Assembly (NCBI GenBank): GCA_022843705.1
Contig: JALHND010000001.1
Coordinates: 26,762-90,761, forward strand
DNA length: 64,000 nucleotides
Direction: 5' to 3'
Source of the DNA: Burkholderiales bacterium
Lineage (GTDB): Bacteria; Pseudomonadota; Gammaproteobacteria; Burkholderiales; SG8-41
The notes beneath the pieces were generated by a model. The model was given only the letters and a program-made list of their open reading frames with translations, was not told where the DNA came from and searched no databases. Of the stretch, positions 11,188 through 18,488 are shown piece after piece. Each line of letters starts with the position of its first letter. Position 1 is the stretch's first letter. The translations under genes were made by a program, and so were the position numbers.

Positions 11188-11799
11188 TCAGGATTTGACA
11201 CCCAGCGCCGCCAGTACGCCGGCACGCTGGTCCTTCGCCGCGGCGTTGACCGCGGTATAGAGGCTGCCGCCGTGGGAATCCATCGCCACCAGAAGCGGAC
11301 CGAAGCCGCTGATGCGGAACTTCCACAGCGATTCGGGATTGAGGTCGTCGAGGTCGACCTCCTCGATCTGCTCGATCCAGGTGGTTTCCAGCGCGGCAGT
11401 GCCGCCGATGATCGCAAGATAGACCCCGCCGAGATCGGCGAAGGCCTTCGCCGACGCGGCGAACAACCCGCCCTTGCCGATGATGATGCGCACGCCGTAC
11501 TGCTCCATCAGCGGCCGCGTGAAGCGTTCCATGCGAGCGCTGGTTGTGGTGCCGATGCAGATCGGCGCATACCCTGAAGGGTGCGCCTTGGTTTCGCCCA
11601 CCCACTTGACGTTGGGTGCGGTGTGGACGACGGCGTGGCCGCGCATGTCAAAACGCGTCTTGCGGCCGTGGTCGAACATGTGGATCTGGGTGGCGTCGCG
11701 GATGCCGTAGAGGGTCTGGTGCAGCGTGACAGTGTCGTTGATGCGCAGCTTGCGCACCTGCTCTTCACTGACCGGCATGTTGAGTTCGTAATGGGCCAT
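11188..11799 (-). CDS. Fe-S hydro-lyase beta subunit (class I fumarase C-terminal / L-tartrate dehydratase TtdB type)
   Basis: 203 aa: MAHYELNMPVSEEQVRKLRINDTVTLHQTLYGIRDATQ...RIIIGKGG. Matches the fumarate hydratase class I C-terminal domain family. Confidence 0.85.
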   Translation of the reverse strand: MAHYELNMPVSEEQVRKLRINDTVTLHQTLYGIRDATQIHMFDHGRKTRFDMRGHAVVHTAPNVKWVGETKAHPSGYAPICIGTTTSARMERFTRPLMEQYGVRIIIGKGGLFAASAKAFADLGGVYLAIIGGTAALETTWIEQIEEVDLDDLNPESLWKFRISGFGPLLVAMDSHGGSLYTAVNAAAKDQRAGVLAALGVKS

Positions 11800-11808
11800 G
11801 TCCGTATC

Positions 11809-12684
11809 CTAGTACCCGTACGAGAGGCCTTGCGGCGTGAAAGTTGCCCTTGCGCGCCGCGCCGAATGGCACTGCATGTTGACCGCGACGGGATTCATCG
11901 TAATGTGGGTGGCTGCGGTCTCGACATGCACCGCAAAGGCCGTGGAATCGCCGCCGAGGCCCTGGGCGCCGACACCGAGCTTGTTGACCACGGCGGAGAG
12001 TTCGGCCTCGAGTTTCGCACCCTCGGGGTCGGCGCAGACGCTGCCCAGCGGCCGCGTCGCCGCGACCTTCGACAGGTGCACGCAGAGATCGGCGGTGCCG
12101 CCGACGCCGACGCCGACGATCACCGGCGGGCAGCTCTTGCCGCCGGCCTCGAGCACGCAGTCGATGACGAAGGTCTTGATCGCATCCACGCCGTCGGCGG
12201 GAATCGCCATCTTCAGCCAGGAGTTGTTCTCCGAGCCCGAGCCCTTCGGGATCATCTCGATCGACAGCGTGTCGGCATCCGCGGTGAAATCAATGTTGAT
12301 CACCGGCACGTGGCGGCCGCCGGAGGTATGTTCGTTCTTGCGCGTCGTCGGGTGCACCACCGACGAACGCAGCGGGTGCTCCTTCGTCGCGCGGGTGCAG
12401 CCGCTGACGATCGCCTGTTTCAGCGCGTGGCCATCGATCTCGATGCCGGAACCGATGACGACGTTGTAGATGGGAATGCCGGTGTCCTGGCACAGCAGGT
12501 TGGTGTTGTCCTCGGCCACCTTGATGTTGCGGATCATCGTGCCGAGAATGGCTTTGCCGGTGGCGTTGGTTTCAGCACTGTCCAGCCGCTGGAAACCCTG
12601 CTTGATGTCCGGGGGAAGCATCTTGAGCGCGCGGATATAGAGCTCCTTGCACGCCTCTTCCACCTGTTTGAGATCGACTTTCAC
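11809..12684 (-). CDS. Fe-S hydro-lyase alpha subunit (class I fumarase N-terminal / L-tartrate dehydratase TtdA type)
   Basis: 291 aa with LCQDTGIPIYNV and GGKSCPPVIVGVGVGGTAD, typical of the TtdA/FumA N-terminal domain. Stop lies 9 nt before the beta subunit start. Confidence 0.85.
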   Translation of the reverse strand: MKVDLKQVEEACKELYIRALKMLPPDIKQGFQRLDSAETNATGKAILGTMIRNIKVAEDNTNLLCQDTGIPIYNVVIGSGIEIDGHALKQAIVSGCTRATKEHPLRSSVVHPTTRKNEHTSGGRHVPVINIDFTADADTLSIEMIPKGSGSENNSWLKMAIPADGVDAIKTFVIDCVLEAGGKSCPPVIVGVGVGGTADLCVHLSKVAATRPLGSVCADPEGAKLEAELSAVVNKLGVGAQGLGGDSTAFAVHVETAATHITMNPVAVNMQCHSARRARATFTPQGLSYGY

Positions 12685-12755
12685 GGTATTGCCCTGGAAT
12701 CGGATTGATGCGGATGGAAAAAGGCCCGCGGCATCATGCCACGGGCCGCGTTGCG

Positions 12756-13718
12756 TCAGTTCACCTGCAGCTTGCGCTCGTTGATGATCTTCACCCAGCG
12801 CGAGCCTTCTTCCTTGATCGCTTTGGCGAATTCTGCGGGGGTGTTGCCGACAGGAACCATGCCCAGATCCTCGAAGCGCTTGGAGATGACAGGATCACCC
12901 AGGGCAGCCACCGTGTCCTTGTGGATTTTCGCCACAACCGGCGCCGGCGTTCCCGTCGGGACCATAAAACCGAACCAGCCGAGGTTTTCGAATCCCGGCA
13001 GGGTTTCCGCCACCGCCGGCACATCCGGCAGCTGTTTCGAGCGCTCCTTGCTGGTCACGGCCAGCGCACGGAGTTTTCCGGACCGCACAAAGGCAATGGC
13101 GGCGGAAAGGTTGGGGGTTACAAACTGGATTTGTCCGCCAATCAGGTCGCTGACGGCCGGCGCCTCACCCTTGTACGGGATGTGCACCACGTCAATGCCG
13201 GCGCTGAATATGAAATTCTCCCCGGCAAGGTGGGTCTGGGTGCCGATTCCGGCCGATCCGAAGGTCACGCCCTTCGGTTTTGCCTTGGCCATGTTGATCA
13301 GGTCCCTGACGGTTTTCGCGGGAAAACTCGGATTGACGACAATAGCCTGGGGACCGCTGGCAACGTTGGTCACCGCCAGCAGATCCTTCTCCGCACTGTA
13401 GGGAAGTTTCCTGTACATGTGGGGATTGGCAGTGACGATCGAGCCCGAAGTCATGAATATCGTATAGCCGTCGGCGGGCGCCTTCGCCGCAAGTTCGGCG
13501 CCGATGTTGCCGCCCGCACCCGCGCGGTTATCGACCACGATGGTCTGGCCCCAGGTTTCGGTCAGTTTCTGTGCAACAACACGGGTCACGATGTCGGTCG
13601 CCCCCCCGGCCGAGAAGGGCACGATGATGCGGACCGGCTTGTTCGGGAAATCCTGGGCGACTGCCGTGGTTGATGCCAGCAGGGCCGCTGTCACGAGAAT
13701 CAGTCTTGTCTGTTTCAT
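12756..13718 (-). CDS. Bug/TctC-family tripartite tricarboxylate transporter substrate-binding protein
   Basis: ORF 12756..13892 trimmed to the ATG at 13718, preceded by GGAGGAGG. N-terminus MKQTRLILVTAALLASTTAVAQDFPNKPVRIIVPFSAGGATDIVTR... Confidence 0.85.
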   Translation of the reverse strand: MKQTRLILVTAALLASTTAVAQDFPNKPVRIIVPFSAGGATDIVTRVVAQKLTETWGQTIVVDNRAGAGGNIGAELAAKAPADGYTIFMTSGSIVTANPHMYRKLPYSAEKDLLAVTNVASGPQAIVVNPSFPAKTVRDLINMAKAKPKGVTFGSAGIGTQTHLAGENFIFSAGIDVVHIPYKGEAPAVSDLIGGQIQFVTPNLSAAIAFVRSGKLRALAVTSKERSKQLPDVPAVAETLPGFENLGWFGFMVPTGTPAPVVAKIHKDTVAALGDPVISKRFEDLGMVPVGNTPAEFAKAIKEEGSRWVKIINERKLQVN

Positions 13719-13815
13719 GTTGCTCCTCCTCCGGATCGGTTTATCGATGGTTTTATGCGGTGACACCGGGTTTACGATACTCCAAGCCTTTCGGGCGGGG
13801 CAAGGCGCCGGCGCC

Positions 13816-15222
13816 TCAAAGGCCCAGCGCATCCGCAGCCAGCCTGCGCAATTCACGATGCATCTTGTCGCGCAGCGCCCTCGCCGAAGCACGATGGGCG
13901 ATGTTGACCATTTCGTAAGGATCCTTCTCCAGGTCGTAGAGCTCGTCCAGCTCGCCGTTGCGCGCGCGGTTGACCCAGTGGATGTACTTGTAGCGCTCGG
14001 TGCGCACCGCCTTGTAGGTCATGTTCACCAGCCAGGGATAGGCGTTCTCGGCCCAGTACTCGACCAGCAGCGACTTGCGCCAGCCGGCCGCCCTGCCGCC
14101 ACGCAACAGCGGCAGCAGCGAGCGTCCCTGGATGTGGCCGGCGGGTTTGCCGCCGGCGATCTCGATCAGCGTCGGCGCGAGGTCCTGCAGGATCGCCAGC
14201 TGTTTCACCCGCGATCCGGCCCGGATCTTTCCCGGCCAGCGGATGGTCAGCGGCGAACGGATGCCCTCTTCGTAGGCAAAGCGCCGTTCCGGCCCGATGC
14301 CGTGCTCGCCGAAGAAGTAACCGTTGTCGCCGAGGAACAGGATCACCGTGTTGTCGAGCTCTCCGGTTTCTTCCAGCGCCTGGAATATCATGCCGACGCC
14401 CTCGTCGACCGCGGCCATCATCGCCGCGCGCAGGCGGATTTCCTCCTGCTTGCCGGAGTGGATGGCGTCGTGCATCACCTTCGATGCCGGCGTCTTGCGC
14501 AGGGCGACGGCCTCCGCCCAGGCCGGCTTGTGCTTGAGAAATTCGGACGGCTTCTGCATGTTCGGCTTTTTCGGGAACACGCAGCCTTTGTAGAGATTCT
14601 GGTGGCGTTTCGCCGGACGGTAACCGTCCATCTTGAAGCTGCCATCGGCCGCCTGCTCCGCATCCGGATGCACCGCCTTGTGCGCAAACCACAGCGACCA
14701 GGGTTTCTTGTTCCTTTTGCGCCCCTGGCCGCGGATCCAGTCGACCGCCATCGTGTTCATGATGTCGGTGACATAACCCTTGTGCTGGACGTACTTGCCG
14801 TTTTCGTTGAGCTTCGGATCGTAGAGATTGCCGTGGCCGTCATAGGCCACCCAGAAATCGTAGCCGGGCCGCGGCTTGCCGTCGTTGCCCATGTGCCACT
14901 TGCCGATGTGCGCGGTCTCGTAACCGAGGCGCTGCAGTTCGAGGTGGTAGTTCGGCAGGCGGTGGCTGGCCAGGTCGCGCGCGACGTTGTCGATGATGCC
15001 GTGGCGGCTCGCGTACTGGCCGGTCAGGATCGAGGCGCGGTTGGGCGAGCAGATCGGCGTGGTGTGGAAGGCGCGCTCGAACAGCGCGCCCTCGTGCGCG
15101 ATACGGTCGATGTGCGGCGTCTTCATGTACGGATGGCCGCCGGCACCGAACTCGTCGAAACGCAGATCATCGACCAGGATCAGCAGCAGGTTAGGCTTGT
15201 TCCGATTCTGTTTCTTGCGCAT
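13816..15222 (-). CDS. Cys-type sulfatase (arylsulfatase family) lacking a signal peptide
   Basis: ORF 13816..15624 trimmed to the ATG at 15222 (MRKKQNRNKPNLLLILVDDLRFDE). Formylglycine motif CSPNRASILTG is present. Only about 9 residues precede the conserved PNLLLILVDD core. Confidence 0.85.
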   Translation of the reverse strand: MRKKQNRNKPNLLLILVDDLRFDEFGAGGHPYMKTPHIDRIAHEGALFERAFHTTPICSPNRASILTGQYASRHGIIDNVARDLASHRLPNYHLELQRLGYETAHIGKWHMGNDGKPRPGYDFWVAYDGHGNLYDPKLNENGKYVQHKGYVTDIMNTMAVDWIRGQGRKRNKKPWSLWFAHKAVHPDAEQAADGSFKMDGYRPAKRHQNLYKGCVFPKKPNMQKPSEFLKHKPAWAEAVALRKTPASKVMHDAIHSGKQEEIRLRAAMMAAVDEGVGMIFQALEETGELDNTVILFLGDNGYFFGEHGIGPERRFAYEEGIRSPLTIRWPGKIRAGSRVKQLAILQDLAPTLIEIAGGKPAGHIQGRSLLPLLRGGRAAGWRKSLLVEYWAENAYPWLVNMTYKAVRTERYKYIHWVNRARNGELDELYDLEKDPYEMVNIAHRASARALRDKMHRELRRLAADALGL

Positions 15223-15245
15223 CTCCACTCCCCCTTTGCAGCAAC

Positions 15246-15593
15246 TCAGACCAGGTTCAGCAGGAAGGCCAGTCCCGCAACCAGCGAAACCCCGGCGGCA
15301 ATGGCGAGCAGCGTTTTCTGCCACTCGCGCCATTCCAGGAATTCCAGCGCCAGCAGGCGCAGGCCGCCGGCCATGTGCGCGGCGAGCAGCAGCACCAGGC
15401 CGGTTTCGGCGAATTTGACCAGCGGCTGCTCGGTCCAGCGCAGGAAACCGTCGAGTGCCGCGGCGCCCTGCAGGGCCTGGCCCAGCGCCCAGAAATGCAG
15501 CGGCAGGAACAGCGCGAGCAGCACGCCGGAGAGGCGGTGGACGATGAAGGCCCAGTAGGCCGGGTGGTTGCGCGAGCGGAAATCGTTCTTCAT
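15246..15593 (-). CDS. succinate dehydrogenase/fumarate reductase membrane anchor, SdhC-like (3 TM)
   Basis: 115 aa MKNDFRSRNHPAYWAFIVHRLSGVLLALFLPLHFW... with an HRxSG motif and three hydrophobic helices. ATGA overlap with the upstream gene. Confidence 0.65.
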   Translation of the reverse strand: MKNDFRSRNHPAYWAFIVHRLSGVLLALFLPLHFWALGQALQGAAALDGFLRWTEQPLVKFAETGLVLLLAAHMAGGLRLLALEFLEWREWQKTLLAIAAGVSLVAGLAFLLNLV

Positions 15594-15937
15594 GCGCCGC
15601 CTCCGAACACCGCGAACACTGCACGCATCCCCCACATCGCGAGGCTCAGGCCGATGATGCCGGTCAGCACATCGAGTCCGCGGCCGCGCCAGTTGCACAT
15701 CTCGCCGATGATCGTGCGCAGGCCGATCGGCGCATGCACCGCGACCGCGGCGACGAACAGCGTGTAGAACGCGAACCAGGCGACGCTGCCCTGGGTGCGG
15801 CCGAGGATCTCGGCGGCGGAAAGGCCGCTGCGCACGGCGTAGATCATGGTCACCAGGTGCACGACAACACAAAGCGCCAGCACCATCGCGCTGATCCGCT
15901 GGGCGCCCCACAGCAGGACTTCGCTGCGCCGGCTCAT
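15590..15937 (-). CDS. succinate dehydrogenase/fumarate reductase membrane anchor, SdhD-like (3 TM)
   Basis: 115 aa with three hydrophobic segments carrying His residues (VVVHLV, AVAVHAP). GAAGGAAG lies upstream of the ATG. Context is between the FrdB-like and SdhC-like genes. Confidence 0.6.
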   Translation of the reverse strand: MSRRSEVLLWGAQRISAMVLALCVVVHLVTMIYAVRSGLSAAEILGRTQGSVAWFAFYTLFVAAVAVHAPIGLRTIIGEMCNWRGRGLDVLTGIIGLSLAMWGMRAVFAVFGGGA

Positions 15938-15991
15938 GGAGCGAATCTTCCTTCAGGGATATTATATAAGTAATTGATTTTAAACATATTT

Positions 15992-16705
15992 TTATATTTC
16001 GCCCGAAAGCGTTGCGGCGAGCACTGCGCGCTTCAGGCCGGCGATGCCTGCCGTCGGCGACAGGCCCTTCGGGCAACGCTCGGTACAGTTGAGATGGGTG
16101 TGACAGGCATGGCAACCGGCATCACCGGCCACCGCCGCCAGGCGCTCCGCGCGCGCGGTGTCGCGCACGTCGTTGACCAGCGTCCACGCGCGATTGAGCG
16201 CTGCGGGGCCGAGATAGTCCTTGTTCCAAGTCACCACATCGCAGGCGCTGTAACAAACGCCGCAGCCGATGCATTCGATGCCGGCATCGACGCGTTTGCG
16301 TTCCTTCGACTCCGGCGACACGCGCTCGAATTCGTCCTTTCGCGTCTTGCTGCCGGTGAAGCGGCCGCGCGCGCGCGCCCACTTGTCAAAGAATTCGCGC
16401 ATGTCGGTGACCAGATCCTTGACCACCGGCAGGTTGCGCAGCGGTGCGATCTCGAGCCGGTTGTCGGCAGCGACCTTCGATACATGGGTGCGGCAGGTCC
16501 AGCGCGATTGGCCGTTGACCGTCATCGCGCAGGAGCCGCAAACGCCGACGCGGCAGGCAAAGCGGTAGGCCAGCGTCGGGTCACATTTGCGCTGCACGTA
16601 AGTCACGACATCGAGCACCGTCTGGCTTTCCTGCCGCGGGACTTCGAACTCCTGGAAGCCGCCCTCTTCGGCTCCGCGCCAGATCCTGACCTTGAGGTTT
16701 TCCAT
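15992..16705 (-). CDS. succinate dehydrogenase/fumarate reductase iron-sulfur subunit-like protein
   Basis: ORF trimmed to the ATG at 16705 (MENLKVRIWRG...). Cluster motifs: CRVGVCGSCAMTVNG..C (2Fe-2S), CIGCGVCYSAC, and CHACHTHLNCTERCP. Confidence 0.85.
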   Translation of the reverse strand: MENLKVRIWRGAEEGGFQEFEVPRQESQTVLDVVTYVQRKCDPTLAYRFACRVGVCGSCAMTVNGQSRWTCRTHVSKVAADNRLEIAPLRNLPVVKDLVTDMREFFDKWARARGRFTGSKTRKDEFERVSPESKERKRVDAGIECIGCGVCYSACDVVTWNKDYLGPAALNRAWTLVNDVRDTARAERLAAVAGDAGCHACHTHLNCTERCPKGLSPTAGIAGLKRAVLAATLSGEI

Positions 16706-16715
16706 GAGCGTGCTC

Positions 16716-18368
16716 CTAATGCGCGGCGCCGGCCGCACCGGCAGTCACTGTCGGCGCCGGCAAACGCTGGATCATCACGTTGATGCAGGCCGGTTTGCCG
16801 CTCGCCAGCGCGCGCTGCAGCGCAGGTTGAAGATCGGCGGCGCGCGTCACCAGTTCGCCATGTCCGCCCAGCGCGGCCACCGCGAGATCATAACGCGTGC
16901 CTTCGCGCAGTTCGCAGCCGTGCGCGCGTTCCTTGCCGTAGCTGCGCAGCTGGATCTGGTGTTCGGCGTTCCAGCAGGAATCATTGCCGACAACCACAAT
17001 CATCGGCACACCGTCGCGCACCGCGGTGTCGAACTCCATCAGATGAAAGCCGAAGGCGCCGTCACCCATCACCGCGATCACCGGGGCCTGCGGCCGCGCC
17101 ATGCGCGCGGCAAAGGCAAAGGGCACACCGCTGCCGATCGAACCACCGGTGCCGTTGATCACGCGCGCCGGCGCGCTGATGCAGGCCTGGGCCCACTGGC
17201 CGATTTCGCCGCCGTCGGCAACAAAAACAGCATCGGGCGAAGCATCAAGCACGGCCTGTACCGCATGGCCGAGTTCGACCGGGTGCACCGGGCCGTTGCC
17301 GCTGTCGATGGCACGCCAGGCTTCGGGACGGAATGCCACGGCATCGGTAACCTGTTTCATCCAGCCCTGTGCCGGATGGCGCTGCGCTGCGGCGGCCAAC
17401 GCCTGCACCGTGGCCGCAGTGTCGGCCTGCGCCGAAAATGCGACGCGGGCGGCACCCAGGTTCTTCACCGAGCGCTGCAGGACTTCGGTTTCGGGATCGA
17501 TCACCGCAAAGCGGCAATCCGCCGCCAGCGCCGGCGCCTTGCCGAAACGCAGCGTGAAATCGGGTTGCTTGCCCAGCAGCACCACCAGATCGGCCTGCGC
17601 CAGCAGGCCGGCAAATGCGCCCATCGAAGGATCGTTGACGCCGCGCGGGCTCTCCATGCACAGCACCGGCACGCCGGCCGCGCCGGCCAGCTTCCCGGCG
17701 AATCCGGCAAACGGGACTTGCGACATGGACGGCCCGAGCAGGATCAGCGGGCGGGCGGCTTCCCTGAGCAGTGCCAGCAGGGTCTGCACCGCGGCCTGCG
17801 GCAGCGGGTTCGCCGGCGCCGCGAAATCGGCGGCTGCGGCCAGATGTTTTTCACCGTCGGCGACCTTCGCCTCCAGCACGTCAAAAGGCAGGCTCAGGTG
17901 CACCGGACCCGGCCGCCCGGAACGGGCGATGCGGCAGGCACGCGCAATGTCGGCACCCAGCGTTTCAGCGCTGCCCGCGGTCCACGACGCCTTGACCACC
18001 GGCGCCGCCATGTCGGCCTGGCGCATTTCCTGGAAGGAACCGCGTCCGAGTTCGTTGAGGGGAGCGTGGCCCGAGAGCAGAACCAGCGGCGACTCCGAGG
18101 CCAGCGCGGTGTACAGCGCACCGATGCCGTTGGCATGGCCGGGGCCGCCGGTCAGCATCGCAATCCCCGGCTCTCCGGTGAGCCTCGCCCAGGCATCGGC
18201 CATGTGCACGGCCGCGCCTTCGTAACGCACGTGGGTGATCGCCAGCTTCGCCTCGATCGCCGCATCGTAGACCGGCATGATGTGGTTGCCGGAGAGCGAA
18301 AAAATCCGTTTCAGCCCGGCCTGCGCCAGTGAGCGCGCAAGAATGTCGGCGCCGCGGAGTGTCGTCAT
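16716..18368 (-). CDS. thiamine pyrophosphate-dependent enzyme (acetolactate synthase / oxalyl-CoA decarboxylase / sulfoacetaldehyde acetyltransferase superfamily)
   Basis: 550 aa. N-terminal Pyr domain with catalytic Glu (HVRYEGAAVHMADAWARLTG). C-terminal TPP motif GDGAFGFHLMEFDTAVRDGVPMIVVVGND. Confidence 0.85.
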   Translation of the reverse strand: MTTLRGADILARSLAQAGLKRIFSLSGNHIMPVYDAAIEAKLAITHVRYEGAAVHMADAWARLTGEPGIAMLTGGPGHANGIGALYTALASESPLVLLSGHAPLNELGRGSFQEMRQADMAAPVVKASWTAGSAETLGADIARACRIARSGRPGPVHLSLPFDVLEAKVADGEKHLAAAADFAAPANPLPQAAVQTLLALLREAARPLILLGPSMSQVPFAGFAGKLAGAAGVPVLCMESPRGVNDPSMGAFAGLLAQADLVVLLGKQPDFTLRFGKAPALAADCRFAVIDPETEVLQRSVKNLGAARVAFSAQADTAATVQALAAAAQRHPAQGWMKQVTDAVAFRPEAWRAIDSGNGPVHPVELGHAVQAVLDASPDAVFVADGGEIGQWAQACISAPARVINGTGGSIGSGVPFAFAARMARPQAPVIAVMGDGAFGFHLMEFDTAVRDGVPMIVVVGNDSCWNAEHQIQLRSYGKERAHGCELREGTRYDLAVAALGGHGELVTRAADLQPALQRALASGKPACINVMIQRLPAPTVTAGAAGAAH

Positions 18369-18488
18369 CGGTATCCTGGTCTTTCCATTTCAGTCAGCAA
18401 CGGCAATCCCGGACTCGCGGGACAGCCGCAAAACCCGCAGGGCCGGCATGATGATCCTGCCGGCCCTGCGGTTTGGCGCAAAAAATGC

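Noticed and set aside
9937-11577. 546-aa + strand ORF, plus a similar 546-aa ORF at 16692..18332
   Set aside because: Antisense to the FrdA-like/TtdB-like genes and to the TPP enzyme respectively. Both are His/Arg/Ala/Gly-rich with no motifs. The first reads straight through the REP-like element, giving the TENTEFTENS string.
13504-15558. 684-aa + strand ORF
   Set aside because: Antisense to the sulfatase and TctC genes. Low-complexity and Arg-rich, with no recognisable domain.
15223-15624. Upstream extension of the sulfatase ORF (602-aa version)
   Set aside because: The extension overlaps the SdhC-like gene in another frame, is Arg/Ala/Pro-rich and has no signal-peptide character. The sulfatase homology begins right after the ATG at 15222.
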